From assembly GCA_951406725.2 (NCBI GenBank), contig OX597836.1, positions 50,344,001-50,408,000 on the forward strand: a stretch of 64,000 nucleotides of DNA, in the 5' to 3' direction. This document shows, piece after piece, positions 11,973 through 26,400 of the stretch. Made by a program: the position numbers and the translations under genes. The first letter of the stretch is position 1. Each line of letters begins with the position of its first letter. The notes under the pieces were generated by a model. It did not search any database. It was given only the letters and a program-made list of their open reading frames with translations, and was not told the origin of the DNA. The DNA comes from Octopus vulgaris. Lineage: Eukaryota.

Positions 11973-13279
11973 TGAAGGGGCCAAGGATAAGCAGTCCCGT
12001 TAATTACTGGTTGTATGAACTTGTCAGCTCTCATGATATGAAATAGATGTTTGTTTTGTATAGTTTTGATATATCGGCGTTTATTTCAACGGCAAAGGAA
12101 TTATTTGTTGTTTCAACTCCCATCTCAATCATCATCGAACGGGACACTGATCGACGGCGTTCTAACTATGGCCATCTTGTTTATTTGACTTTATTATAGG
12201 ATAATATGACCGCCTCTTTTGAAGACGGTAGGATAATATAAGAAAAATTTGGTTACTATTTATAGCGAAGCAAGCGTGGTTTAGTTAATCTCAGATTAAC
12301 TTGGTGGTCAGAGCGGCCCAGTAGCGGCCATCCGCATCTTTTTACTTTTTCAGATGATATATGCAGGATTACAATAACCAGCGTGTCCCCCCTTTTTCGA
12401 GATGATTGCGTGTAATCTGGTGGTATTTGGTCGCTATTTCTAGTAATTCGAGCGACCACATAGAAACCCGTTGTCTATTTTAGTTTCAATGCTTTCTCTG
12501 GTCCTCACCGTGTGTGTATGGATGTGTATTATGTATATGTGAAGGCGCCTGGCCTGGCGGTTAGGATGATGTACTCGCGATCGCTAGATCATGGGTTCCA
12601 TTCCCGGACCAGGCAGTGCGTTATGTTCTTGAGTAAGATCCTTCATTTCATGTTGCTCTGCAAGTTGGAGGGTGGCAGAATTGTTGGCGCGTCGGCAGAG
12701 ATGTTTTATGGCATATCTTTCGGCTCTCTACATTCTGAGTTCAAACTCCACCTGTCTGGAGTAGGCAGTGGAAAACCACCTCAGTATTCCATCTCAAGTC
12801 TAGTCACTAAACGGTAGGAAGGGAGGGTACGGCCCCCTTCCAGTTCGTGCTGGGAGAGAGAGCTGGACAAGGTTCACATGCGCAGGCCCTGGCCCAGAGC
12901 AGACCACTACTAGACTAGTAATTTGGTTGATAATTCTGTCATTGAAAGACACTAAGTTTTTAGAACTTGGCTTCTTTTCGGTAGTGATTGAGTTTTTGGT
13001 CCATTAGATTTATTTGTTAAACTAACGTGTGAGCTAGTAAAGTACCACGGCTTTTACTCTCTAGCTTTCATTGTGAGGGAGAATGCTGCCGGATTCTCTT
13101 TTTGAGAACCGAGGGATTATTTCAAACAGTGGCTATATTACTAATTACTCAGCTATGATTAAGTCATTGTAATATGTGTGTGTGAACATGTTCTGCACAT
13201 GCACATCATGTGTGTAGGGATGTATTTGTACACGTATTTCTCGGGGAGCATTCCTTTCTCTAAGTGAAGCGGTTACAAA

Positions 13280-13633
13280 AAGGTATCGCAAAACGCGCGC
13301 GCACACGCTCTCTTCACCCCCTGTTGGTGTTTGTTATTCTAAGCTTCTGAAATGGATATCTGTTCTGTATAAATGGGTGCTTCTTGTCTGTCATCTGGGA
13401 CCATCTCCTCTCACCTTTTCTATAATTACCACCACTGCACGATTTCTATATTACTATCATCATCTCCTCTCTAAATCCCTCCGATTCTCTCTTCTCCCTC
13501 TGAACATCTTTATCAACCACCACCAGAGAGATCCAGCCTCGTTTCCAAGTTGTTTGTAAACAAACTGTTGGAAGGATTCTGAACAGGTTAAGACAAGCGC
13601 GCGCGCGCACACACACTCACATCTCCTGTTCAG
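13280..13633 (+). promoter_or_regulatory. candidate CpG-rich promoter and non-coding first exon of the SSX2IP homologue
   Basis: Two (GC)n/CpG runs (near 13294 and 13597) and a consensus donor CAG|GTAAGA at 13634. The first coding exon has an acceptor 1 nt before the ATG, so an upstream UTR exon must exist. Confidence 0.45.
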
Positions 13634-15078
13634 GTAAGATATATTGTACAGGTATTGCCTATTAGTGTGTGTGTTTATATAATTTTTATTGCTTTGGCAA
13701 ATTCTACAATGCTGTTGTCATGTTGGGCTAGAGAGTTAATCTTTCTTGTGGCTTCTTACTTTCAAGTAATTCTTTGTTTATTAGTGGTGGTGGTGGTAGC
13801 AGCTTAATGCTTTGAAATACCGCATTGAGTGTAATAGCGGTAGTAGTAGTAGTAGCAGTGGTGGTGGTGGTGGTGGTGGTGGTGCTGTTGTTAGTAATTC
13901 TGTTGCCAGATACCAGAACTCTGCTGGCAGTTTATAGGTTTTGCTGTAACCTTAGTTAACTTTCCTCTGCGCACGATTTTGGATATTATAGGTAGGTAAC
14001 ATTGAATGTTTTGTATATAAATACCTGACTGTCTGAGAGTGGGACGAGGGAACGTGTAACTTGTTGAATATTATAACCGGCATATTTCTTCTCCGCTCGT
14101 AAAGTGTCTAAAACTTCTCCCAAAATGGAGCTCGATGGTATCTAATTGCGCCTCGTTACATTCCGAGTTCAAATCGCGTTGAGGTCGACTTTTTGTTCTT
14201 CCAGAGTCTAGAAATTAAATATCAATCTAGTACTTAGCTCATTGTAAGGCCTTGTTTCAGTTAGAAATTCTTGTTGCCGTTGTGAGGGTGGTGGATGGCA
14301 GTAGTGCACCGAACTAAAGGCTTTGCAGTATTTGGTTACGCTCCGAGTTCAAATTCCGCCAAGGTCAATTTCGGTTTTCGTCCTTCCAATAGTAATAAGT
14401 ACAGACGGTTGACAATATCACCTCTTCCTCTCCCTCCCCCATATTAGGCTTTCTACCTATTACTAATCCAATCAAGTCTTTGAGGCTGTTCATTTGAAGT
14501 TCGCTTTTTTTTTTCTTTCTTAGTCTTCTGGTGTCACTTAGTACTTATGGACTTGTGCTTTTTAAAAATTATTCATGAATTTTGTGACAAAATGCGAAGC
14601 GGCATTTCTTCCGGCTCTTTATGTTCTGAGTTCAAATCCTGCCTGATTTCAACTTTCCCTTTCATCTTTTCAGGATGGCTACCACTTGGGAACTTAGATC
14701 GGTGTAATCAACTTACTGCTTCCCTTAAAATTGCTGGCCTTGTGCCAAAATTAGAAATGATTATTCGTTAATATTTAGATTGTTGCTGTGATCAAAAACT
14801 ATGGTAAACGTCAGTTTCTCTTTTGCCATTTTCACCCCAAAATAGTTCTTTCCTTTGCAAGCTAATAGTTTTGCGTGATTGTAGGGAGGTGGTAGTCCAG
14901 CCATGGTTTCCATAAGTATGGATGTTATGGTTATATCCTTCTTTATGAGTAGAATTGGTATTGAGGGGACCCACAGACGATTTAAATGTAAGAGTAGGTT
15001 TGGGTGTCAGGAATATAAAGTTAGCAAGTTCCAAGAAACAACAGTACCCCTGCCTAGTTTCAGACCTCTATTGATTAA

Positions 15079-16114
15079 TCTCTCTCTCTCCATATATAAA
15101 ATTCTTTGTCTTTTCCCTATACATTCTCAAACAGTTCCATCAAATCAAATTTTACAGGGTAATAGTATTAGACCCCGCGAGTGTCAACAAGTAATTTTTA
15201 TTTTCATTTGGATTAAAACATAACATTTTATCTAAAATCTTTCTATAGTCAACTATTGTAAAGGACATTTTATATATGAGTGTGTATGTATCTGTGTGTT
15301 CATTATATGAATGTATGTTTGTGTCTTTCTTAGTATGTGAGTGTGTGTGTGTGTGTGATTGTCCAATAACACTGATGTAAACTGGCCGTGTTAAAGAGCT
15401 TGACTGGCTGCAACTAATGAAATGGCTGATAAACTCAGTCGGGAACTTCTAGATCAGGCTGTTCAATTCCCTGTTGAATGTCTGAACCCATTCAAACCCA
15501 CTGGGATGTCACTGCATAACTTGACACTAAAGCTGGATTCTCCCATTTTGTTGCTTTGGAATTTTGACCCACCTCGTCTGTGGAATGGAACTTGCTTGAT
15601 TGTTTCTTCCACAAGAAAGCTCCAGATCCTACAGGCAACACTCATAACAGGGAGTCACAAAGAGGAAAATGCCTTTATTCCAAAATTTCCTCTCATACCT
15701 ACAGATGTTCCATTTGGATTTAAGAGGCTTCAGTTTCCAGTCAAACTAAGTTTTGCTATTTCATTTAACAAATCTCAGGGTCAATCCCTCAAGGTGGTTG
15801 GTCATCATCTCTCGACTACATCCTTCTCCCACGGCCAACTCTATGTTGACTGCTCACGAGTTGGAAGCAGCAACAATTTATTCATTCAGACACCAACAAA
15901 AAATCACAATGAATATTGTTTACCCTGAGGTGCTTCAAGATTCACAGAGACTCAGTTCTAAATTCCATTATCATTACAATCTGGATATTGTTTTAATAAA
16001 ATATAGATGTTTTGAAATAATTATAAGAAGAAAAAAAACATATCTTTATATTCATTGTTTACTAATTTGAAAAAGAACAGCAGTAACCCGGGCAACACTG
16101 GGTCATTCAGTTAG
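15079..16114 (+). mobile_element. internally deleted Helitron carrying the PIF1-like helicase C-terminus
   Basis: ORF 15422-15928: LHNLTLKLDSPILLLWNFDPPRLWNGT...FKRLQFPVKLSFAISFNKSQGQSL...FSHGQLYVDCSRVG (RepHel helicase motifs). 3' hairpin acccgg-gcaaca-ctgggt (16086-16103), then TTAG|T (degenerate CTAG). Possible 5' A|TC at 15079 (less certain). Confidence 0.85.
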
Positions 16115-17446
16115 TGTTGTATAATTGCTAATATGATTATATTAAATGATGTTTCTAAAGCATGTCATGTTGTGAACAACACAAGACCAAAGAGGAGGTT
16201 TATGGACACCTTTCACCCTTCTCTATTATTGCTCAACACAGGGTAGGCTTTGCTGGACACCAGGCCACATCAGAGACTTCTGCACCCCAGAAGCAGACAA
16301 TGACCACTCGGATACGTTGATGTTATTCGTAGACAAATAAAATCGAGGATCTCCCAATGAGGGCAAAGATCCATGGTGCAACTTTGTGCAATGTATTTGT
16401 GTTGCAGCTTATTGAAGAAACAGTAACTCTGAGAATGTTGTTGTTGCTGCTGCACAGCTCCACGTCAGTCTTGATCCATCTTCATTTAACATGCATTTTC
16501 CCATACTTTCAGGGGTCAGACAGATTTTTCTACTGCTGGATGCCCTTCCTGTCACCAACCTTCACCTGTTCCCAGTTAATATTTCCTCCATGACCTGGTT
16601 TTCATGGAAGACTGGAAAGTGAACATCCTCACTTGTGAGTGACAATGATGCTCGTTTACAACCATCATGGGATGTCAAAACATGGGGACACACGTACACA
16701 CACATGTACATATGCACACACATGCACAAGCACACACACAAATGTCTGTGTACATATATGTATTTGTCACTCTCATTCCACTGTTTGACAACTGGTGTTG
16801 GTTTGTTTACATCCCCATAACTTAATGATTTGGCAAAAGATATCAATGTCATATGTACCACGCTAAGAAAAAGAAAATGCATCAGTACTGGCCGTGGGGG
16901 ACCAATTTGTTTGTAAACCATTCCGAGTGGTGCCCCAGCATGGCCACAGTCAATTGACTGCAACTAGTAAAAAATAACAGATACTTAAACGATCGTATGG
17001 AAAGTCATAACATTTCATAAATTTTTGTTAACCTTGTAAATGGGTGATAGGTTGCGCAAGCTGCAAACGACTGCACTTTTCTCTCCAACGCAATCGCATA
17101 CAGCAACGGAACACAGTTTCTTATGCAATCCTCTGTGTGTATGTGTGTGTGTGTGTGTGTGTGTTGCAGCTGTTAAGATGGAATTGTATAAAAATGTAAG
17201 AATTGCCGACCTACACAAATTTCCAACCTAAACAAAGAGCATCCTGCATGGTGTCAATGTGTGTTGTCTCACAGATGTGATATCATCATCACCACCACCT
17301 TTAGAGGAAGATAATAACAAGAAAAACAAACTTGGTTATCTTTGCAACTTAAAGATAAAAGCTATTTCTAGGGATGTTGCAGATATCGAAATGGAATGTA
17401 AAGGAGGTAACTCCATTATCAGCTGAATCCAAAGTTTTGGAAAAAT

Positions 17447-17478
<32 letters not shown>

Positions 17479-17913
17479 CCTCACTTCTTAGAACTGGTTG
17501 GATGGGACTGTGGTTGTATTCTGCAGCCAGATCCTCTTCCCGGTGCCAGCCTAACCTTTGGTTTCAAAGTAAAGTGCTTATGGTTGCACAGGGTTTTCCA
17601 TATCTAAAATGGAGTTTGAGGGAAGGATTATGACGAACACAGACTTCACACTTTACAGCTGACAAAATGATGTCAGTGTGGGCAGATGCACAGCAGGCTT
17701 CCATACAGTTTCTGCTTATCAAATTTCACTGGCAAGACATTGGTCGACTTGTGACTGTAGTAGAAAGCACTTGACCCCATGGCAGGACCGAACCTGAAAC
17801 GATATGGTTGTGAAGTGAGTTTCTTTGAACTTCTTAATCACACAGTTATGGCTGCCAATTTAACTTGAAAACTTTTGGTTGCAAAGTGAATTTCTTAATA
17901 TCCAGTTGTAGTG

Positions 17914-17944
<31 letters not shown>

Positions 17945-18036
17945 CATTGTGTGATATCAGTAATATGAAACCTTGTTACAACAAAAGACTCTTGTATGTA
18001 TTTTTACATTGAGTGTTTTACATTTGTATAAGCAGG

Positions 18037-18104
18037 TATATATATATATGTATGTGTGTATATGTGTGTATATGTATGTGTGTGTATATGTATGTGTGTG
18101 TATA

Positions 18105-18151
<47 letters not shown>

Positions 18152-18197
18152 GTGTGTATATGTATGTGTGTGTATGTATGTGTGTGTATGTATGTGT

Positions 18198-18239
<42 letters not shown>

Positions 18240-18315
18240 GTGTGTGTGTGTATATATATATATATGTGTGTGTGTGTGTATGTATATGTGTGTTTATATA
18301 TATATGTATATATAA
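18037..18315. repeat. compound (TG)n/(TA)n microsatellite
   Basis: Directly visible. Confidence 0.95.
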
Positions 18316-19904
18316 TCTCAGCTACAGAAGCGGTATTGTGAAACTAGAATCAAGTGTTCCACATTCCCAGCTAAAGCTAATTATCAGTGGTGGTGGTGGT
18401 GGTGGCATTAAATGGCAAACAAATGTCTGTAAAATGATTCCATGTTAACTGCAAACCCTGGCAAACATTCCCACATGGAGCTGGGCAAAACATTTATGGA
18501 ATTGTGTCTCCATTAGGTTCCAGTCTACAGTGATATAATTGGTGAAATATTATCATGTTCATTGTGGGGTGTTGGTTTTTCTTGCACTGGGGCCGGCCAG
18601 GGTCCAGTAGGGATATGGTCAAAGATATTCCTGCCATTTCCCCAGCTCCTTTCTAAGCATAGTTTCATCATCATCATTTTAATGTCTGTTCTTCTTCTGC
18701 TGGAATGGTTTGACAGAAGCTGGGAAGCCATAATGTTTAGAACTACAGTGTGATTAAAGGAAGATCTGGCTGTCATATCTAGCAATTTGAGTAACCATAT
18801 AACTGCTCCTTCATTAATTTATTTTGTAGTGTGTGTGAGGCCTCGACATGCTGTCTTGTTTTAATGTCACCATTTAGTTCCATTGTCTTCAGTGTTTACT
18901 CTGTTGCAAGACATTTGAACTAGAATCCTGCTTGAGCAACCACATAGTTTCACACCATCAACTGGTCCTTGGCTGTGCTTAGTCGCTTGCTCTCTCTCTC
19001 TCTCCCCCTCTTGTTCAGCACAAATGCCTCATTCATTCCCTGTGTAAGGTTCAGGTTCAACATGGGTTGAATAAACATGGTATGAAAGGGCTGCAAAGGT
19101 CATTGGTACTGACTGACCCTGCTCCCCTCGAATAACAAATTCGTCCACTGGACATAATGAATTGATGCTACTATAATTATTCATACTTATTTTGTTTTAG
19201 AGAAAAGTCAATCTGATGGGGGACATTTTTTTCGACTAATGTTTCACTTTAGTTTCATGGCCTGAAGCAGAGGAGTCAGCTCTTAGAATCAAATCTAGAG
19301 TCAAACGGGAGAGTTCTCCTGTCTGTAAACTGCTGTAGTTTAAGTAATTCTGTTGAAATCAATGATGGTGATTTGGAGGTAATATTGCTGGGCTGTAAAG
19401 TGACCGAGGTCTTTTACTTGTTTCAGTCATTGGACCGTGGCCATGCTGGAGCACTATCTTCAAGTTTTAGTTGAACAAATCAACCCCAGGACTTATTTTA
19501 AAGTTTGGTTTTATTGTCTCTCTTTTTGCTGAACCATTAAGGGATGTAAACAAACCAACACTGGCTGTCAAGCACTGGTGGGGGTCAGGTGAAACACAGA
19601 CATATAAACACACACATACACGTGCTCAACAATCTTCCACACAGTTTCCCCCCTACCAATTCTGGGAAAATACCTCTTCTGTTGACTTAATACTACAGAA
19701 TACTAGGAATGATCACTTGGTCACTCGACCGGCGGCATGAAATAGCAGCCAAATTTTTCTTAAATCATGTCTTTGTAAAAATGTATTTAAAAAAAAAAAA
19801 CTTTCATTTTTTTTTTTCCACATACTGTACCCAAATGACTCAAAATTAAGACACAAACTCCTTGTTCCCCCCCCCCTTGTTTAGTTAAGTTTTTATTGCA
19901 TTTT

Positions 19905-20275
19905 TGCTGACGTGGCTATGAAGTTAAGAAGCTGGCTTCCCAGCCACATGGTTCTGGGTTCAGTCCCACTGCATGGCACCTTGGGCAAGTGTCATCGACT
20001 GCATTCCCAAGCTGACCAAAGCCTTAAGAGTGAATTGGTTAATGGAAACTGAAAGAAGCCTGTTATGAATATGGGTGTCTGTTTGTATCTCTTGACATTG
20101 TGCATTGGTTGTAAAACAAGCGCGACCATTATTCAAGTTATGTCCTTCATTGCCAATGGTCTGTGGGGAAACAAGTGAGGATTGGTGACAGCAAGGGTTC
20201 CTCGCTGTAGAAAATCTACATCACCAAATTCCATCTGATAGATGCAAGTATGGAAAAGTTGACATTAAAATGTTA
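19905..20275 (+). mobile_element. tRNA-derived SINE (same family as 57700-58108)
   Basis: gtggctatgaagttaagaagctggcttcccagccacatggttctgggttcagtcccactgcatggcaccttgggcaagtgtc head; ends gtatggaaaagttgacattaaaatg. Further copies near 16560-16970, 21040-21275, 22417-22730, 30190-30500, 36200-36570, 38140-38360, 43445-43570, 48680-48990, 50530-50905 and 53490-53700. Confidence 0.75.
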
Positions 20276-20712
20276 TGGAACCTCATCCATTTAGAAACCT
20301 CTGCTTTACTCACTTAAAGGAAGAATACGTTGTGAAGATCAATCCTGATTAAGCTGACTTATGATTAAAGATATTCCATCTTTTCTCAAGACAGTACTTT
20401 GAGGATCATATTTATTCAGTGTCTATCTTTTAAGATAGTATGTTTCACAAAAATTGGCTGCTATTTCTAGCCGCTGGAGTGGCCACATACAGGCATCTAT
20501 TTTTGGTTCCTGTATATGTCCACATGTCTGTCCATGTGTCTTGGACTGACAAACATTCATTTAAAGTTCCTCTCTTTATTTCCTCATCTATTTCCCTAAA
20601 TAATTTACCTCGTTATTGCCACCACCACCACTTATCACCTCCTCCTTCTCTCTCTTCTCATTCAACCCTAATTTACTACAGTAATATTATTCTCTTTTCC
20701 TCATTGCTCTTT

Positions 20713-20743
<31 letters not shown>

Positions 20744-22187
20744 ACCAGTTTTTGGGTGGCTTTTTTCTTTTTTGCTACACTATGGAAAGGTCAAAGCATT
20801 TACAGCAACTCCCCCCCTTTCTACATCAATAGCCTGCTTTTCAAAAGGTTGTTTCTTAAAAGCCACCAAAAAAACAAAACCAAGCAAGTTGTTGTTGTTG
20901 GTGCTGTTGTTGGCCTAAAAGACTGCTTCTTTAGAATTGCTTGTCCCACATTACTAGCAAAGGACAACCTGTAACTATGCCAGGCACAGTCATCAGGCTT
21001 TGAGGTATTTTCAAAATACCCACATAGCCAGGGGTTGTTTGACTGAACTTTTAGGTTATAGGGATGTAAATAAACCAACACTGGTTGTCAAGCAGTTGGA
21101 TGGAGGGGGGACACACGCACGCACACACACGAGCTTCCACACAGTTTCTGTTTACCAAATCCACTTGGTTGATGTGGGGGCTGTAATAGAAGACACTCGT
21201 GCAAGGTGATGTGTAGTGGGATTGAACCCCAAACCACATGGTTGCAAAGTTAGCTTCTTAACCACACAGCTATGCCTCCTTTCTCTAACTATAGCCCTAG
21301 GTCTGTCCTGTTTGAGTAGATCTTATGACCAAACATATTCCACTCTTGACTCTTGTAGATCTCAGACGTAAAGTTGTGTCCATCCTGTCTGTCTGTCTGT
21401 CCAATGTCCAAATCTATAGCCATTGCCTGTTGTTATCTTTAAGATTGGAATCTGAGGCCAATTTGGCAGCTGTTTCTTGCAGGTCGCATAACTACGTGGC
21501 TGGAAAACATTTATCCGAGGCACCATGCAGTGGGAGGGAACCCAAGACCTCCTGATTGCAAAGTAAGTTTCATAACAGGACAACCTGGCTTGTGACTCTG
21601 TTATGATTTCGTATGTCATCGTGAGAAGAGGCCCCATTTGTGTTGCTGTGAGGAATGTTTAATCTCTGAAATGTCACAATTTGGCCTCAGATGAAAAACA
21701 GGAAAAAGTTATTTTATTCTTTGCCAAACTTGGATGACATTTCAAGTGAAATATGTCAATCATCTTTCGACTGAACTGACACGTCTATTTATATTTTATT
21801 GATCACCCCCAAATTATACAAAAAGTTGTTTTGGCAGCCAATGGTGCATGGCTTAGTGGTTAGGGTGTTGGATTCATCATGATCATAAGATTGTGGTTTC
21901 GGTTCTTGTACCGGGTGGTGCATTGGTTTTCTTGAGCAATAACACTTCATGTTGCTCCAGTTCACTCAGCTGGTGAAGATGAGTAATTCTGTGATGGACC
22001 GGTGTCCCTTGCAGGGAGGAATATATGGATCAGGAAACTGGTCCAATGCTCCTCACAGACTAATCTGGATTGACCATTATTTTGGCAACATTTGAACTAC
22101 AAACTCAGTGTTTCTAGTAAAAGGTGTTAGAGCAATGAACCTAGTTGGATGGTGCTATACCATTTACCCTAGAGTCATATTATTATC

Positions 22188-22380
22188 AAAGGTAGTGAGC
22201 TGGCAGACAAAATGGTTAATATTGTGGCTCATGATGTTCTGAGATCAAATTCTGCCAAGGTTGGCTTTGTCTTTCATCCTTTCGGGGTCGATAAAATAAG
22301 TACCAGTTATGCACTGATGTTGATGTAATTGACTTACCGCCTCCCCGGAACTTACTGGTCTTGTGCCCAAAATTTGTAAC
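22188..22380 (+). mobile_element. second SINE family (aaggcggtgagctggcag... head, gagttcaaattccgccgagg B-box region, (ATT)n tail)
   Basis: Shared core ctttgcctttcatcctttcggggtcgataaaataagtaccag. Other copies near 14130-14760, 32180-32700, 47080-47570 (-) and 63726-63940. Confidence 0.75.
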
Positions 22381-24414
22381 CATTATTATTATTATTATTA
22401 TTATTATTAAGGCGGTGACCATGCTGGGGCATCACCTTGAAGGGTTTAGTCAAATCGATGCTGGTACTTATTTTATTAGTCATTTTTGCTGAACTGCTAA
22501 GTCACAGGGATGTGAACAAACCAACACTGGTTGTCAAGTAGTGGGTAGGACTTACAGACACACACACACACACACACACAATAGGCTTCTCTACAGTTTC
22601 ATCTACCAAATTCATCCACAAGGCATTAGCCAGCCCAGGGCTTTAGTACATGACCAGACAGTTGCTCAAGGTGCTGTGCAATGGAACTGAACCCAAAACC
22701 TCATGTTTGCAAAACAAGCTTCTTAATTCCACTGCCAGATGTTTTCTTTTCTTTTTCCTTCTCTTCATTTCTGTTCTTTTTGGCATTGGAATGTGTTTCT
22801 GGATAATTCTGGTTGATGCTGTTTATTTTCCCATTTGTTTCCTCTCCATATTAGTCATTCATATTGCATCTATCACCTGTATCTGCAGGTAATTATTTCA
22901 CCTGTTTACCAACATTATTATTCCACTGAATCATTCATCATGTCATTGTTTCTGATAACGGTGTTTGTCCAATTAAATATTTTAAACTTTTAATCACCCG
23001 AGTGGTGGTGGGGGATTCGTTACTAAGTGATTAATGACTAAAACTCCATGGAAGCTGGAGTGCTGAGCTGTACTTACCCCCATGGTACCTGTGTACGGCT
23101 TGATGGACTGAACTAGAGCCAATACTTAATGTTTTATTGGTTACCCTCCAGTCACATCAGCTCAACAGACTGATTCTAGCTACTCCAGAAATTCCAGCCA
23201 TGGCCCTCTTCAGACTGAATCACTAGAACTATATTGTCTGTTGCATGCTTCCTTAAACAAAGGTATGTGTTGAGAGATTTGTTGCTATTTCTAGCATTTG
23301 GAGCAACCCTGTAGAAGCTCTCTCATTGGCTACTGATCACAAAGTTGAAAGGAATTGGTGTTATCTGATCATTTATGATAGATTGGTATTTTATCCAGGT
23401 GAGTGGATTGATTAGATGGCTATATCTCTGAGCTGCTTAGCATTGTGAAAGCAGAACCAATCTCAAGATATTTTCCACAGACACCACTCGACTCTCATAT
23501 TGGTGAAGAGATGTCCACAATGGATGCTTAGGCTTGCAGGTCTAACACCCTTTCCACCCACCAAAGCGTGGCCACCCTACAGTAATTTTCTTTTTTCTGC
23601 TTCTGTATCACAATTTATGAAGCATAATCTCATTGTTTATGGGTTTCCCATTGTTCAGTCCCTGGGTCCTTGTGTCTTTGATGGCAAGAATGAGAAACGA
23701 TGATTGTCTCTTACTCAACACAGAAACAAGTATCAGAAACAAAGTATATTTGATGAAATATCCGTTTTCTTGCTAATGTTTCCAATGTTTTTAATCAACA
23801 GACATTGCTGAAAAGAGTTCATTATTTAATGTCCATATTCCATGCTGGTATGGGTTTGACGGTTCAACAGGATATGGTGGGCCCACATCACACTCTACTC
23901 TCTGCATTGGCAGGATTTCTATGCTTCAATGCCCTTCCAAATGCCAACCACTTTACAATATGTACTAAGTGCTCTTTTTTTTTTTTTAATGCTACCAATA
24001 ATAGTGAGGTTGCCATGCGATTGGCAAGACTATGAACCCCCAAGAGGAAGGGTCTTTATGTTGGGAGAGGGGTTACAGTATGAGAAACGGTGCCAAGTAG
24101 GTTTGTTGCTGTAGAGGAGCTAAATGGCTACAAACATTTAGAAGATTGAATGAGAATAGTGAGGACAAGAATAGTGACCACACATGGGTATCCATGTGTA
24201 TGTACGGAACATATGTATGATGTGGTTGTGCACACTGTCTAGCAAATTCCACCGTGGTGGTCTTAGTCAACCCAAGGCTGTGGTAGAAGACACTTGCTTG
24301 AAGGTGTTGCACAAAGGAATTGAACTCAATCTTGTTACCCCACACAACCACACCTGTGCCCAGGTGAATGCAGTTAATGCTTAACTGCTGTTTTTTTCTG
24401 TTTTTGTTTGTAGG

Positions 24415-24588
24415 ATGGATTCCTTGTATGGGAACAATGTCTGCTCTAAGGTTCTCTATGATAAACCCTTTTCGAATTGCAGCATGTTGTCGGACAGCTA
24501 CCTTGATATGTACCCTTACAGCTATCCCTACAGCAGCAGCGTCTGTAACAAGGAGAACCTGGAAGACTGTATTATACATTTAAACAAG
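24415..24588 (+). CDS. SSX2IP: SSX2IP/ADIP homologue, coding exon 1
   Basis: tttgtag|gATG ... MDSLYGNN...VCNKENLEDCIIHLNK|gtaact; phase 0. Confidence 0.85.
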
Positions 24589-24864
24589 GTAACTATTTCA
24601 CTTTGGTTTCATTGTGTGTGTCTGTCTGTCTGTCTGTTTGTGTAAGTTGAGAAATAAAATGGCCATGTCTATGCAATATCTTAGAAACGACTGAAATGGT
24701 TGGAAAGCTCTGGTCTGTTTAGTGGTGAAGATGATGGTCAAGCCCCTGGTCAGACTTGATCATGCAGGCTTATGATCAAAGCATTTCATCCATGACCATC
24801 CCTTTTTATATATCTAGGGCAGATATATTGTCTTATGTGTGTCCTTTCCTTTAAGACATTTAGG

Positions 24865-25094
24865 CTGTGGTTCTCAATGGGGGCCCAAAGAAGGTTTTGT
24901 TAAAACTCATGAGCAATGAATTGGTTACACTTGTACAATGCACAAAATATTTCATTTTTTTGTCTACAATTTCTAATAATATTTAATTATAAAAATATAA
25001 TAGGATTTTTTAGACATCATCTGGCAATGAGGGTCTGCTTGAGTAGAATTAGAACCAAAGAGGTTCATAAATGAAAAATGGTTGAGAAATGCTG
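24865..25094. mobile_element. hAT-type MITE with 8-bp target-site duplication
   Basis: TIRs ctgtggttctcaat / gttgagaaatgctg; TSD catttagg (24857-24864) / cattaagg (25095-25102). Confidence 0.75.
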
Positions 25095-26024
25095 CATTAA
25101 GGTATGATTTGAAGGACATTTGACTGTGGTTTCTAGCAGGTCAGGTGCGTACCACCTCCTTCCCTCTCATTGGTTCATTTGGTGAGTGTTGTGTAATAAT
25201 ACAGGGTGGTACCTAAATGGAATGGCCTCGTGACGATGTTCTGACTGTAGCACAGTGTCAGTAGCAGGGTTTTTATAAAAGATTTGATGTTTCAACCCAG
25301 GGTTGCTATCAACCCTGCCCCTAATGCCATGCCTGACACCCACCCCATCTGCAGTGGGTTCAGAATAAGTCTTTCATATATATGTCCATAAGTTGTCTGT
25401 GCTATGGCTGCTGGGGAAATGGAAACAATATCAGGCATTGATGGATATTATTAGAGGTGATGGGCCAGGAGGGGCACGGGTTGTGGAGCTATTTCAAGTT
25501 AATGTTGTCTTTAATATATTTTAATCACAAAGTTACAGTTGTAAAAGAGATTGTTTTGGTTATGAATGGGGCTGAGGAATAGTGGCTCATGTCAATGCTG
25601 ACTGCGTGTGTATAAAGTGATTTTAGTGTGTGTGTGTGTGTGTATAAAGATGCGTTTATATGTATGGAAGCAAATTTTTCAACACCTAATTAGTGTGGTT
25701 AGTCTCTGGTCAATCTTGACTGACCAGAATCCATTATCTGAGGAATTCTAGTTATGAGCACCTCTATTCTTCTCTTGGGCATTGCATACCTAGGGCTATG
25801 TTGTTCAATGTATCCCTTAAGGGTCCAGGTTGAATGATTATGAAGGGACTAATCCTCCACACACACACAAACACCCTCTTGTCTCAAGGTCTGTATTTAA
25901 GGACCAGATCTGCCCTAATCTGGATTAGTTTAACCAAAGAATTTCATTGATCTCCTGAGTTATGTCCCTTGTGAGACCCCATCCTACATGCCTTGGTGGA
26001 CGTGTGTGGACATGTTTAAAGTTG

Positions 26025-26400
26025 TACACTTCTATATTTAAGAGATGAGGAATTATGTACATTATTTTCATTATTTACAATTGACGGATATTTGTCCTAA
26101 GCAGGCCGAGTGCAGATATGAGCAGCATATGGGAACCGGTATTAAGGAAGGATAGGAGAATATTAGATTTATAAGCCCTAAAATTCATTCCATAATTGCC
26201 CATGGGCATATGGCGTAGTGGTTAAGAGTGTGGGCTACTAACCCCAAGATTCCGAGTTCGATTCGAAAAATACCTTAGGAATGAGAACCCAGGTTCGAAA
26301 TTTCTCCAAGACACCTGATGAAGGCTGGAGGGTATATATCAGCCGAAACGTTGTGTTAACAACAAACAAGATGAGGACAAATATCCGTCAAATGTAAATA

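Noticed and set aside
24073-24579. 168-aa minus-strand ORF
   Set aside because: It is the antisense shadow of SSX2IP exon 1 plus SINE sequence.
26204-26265. Functional tRNA gene
   Set aside because: The acceptor stem 3' half is missing and the anticodon arm is degenerate; treated as a tRNA-derived element head.
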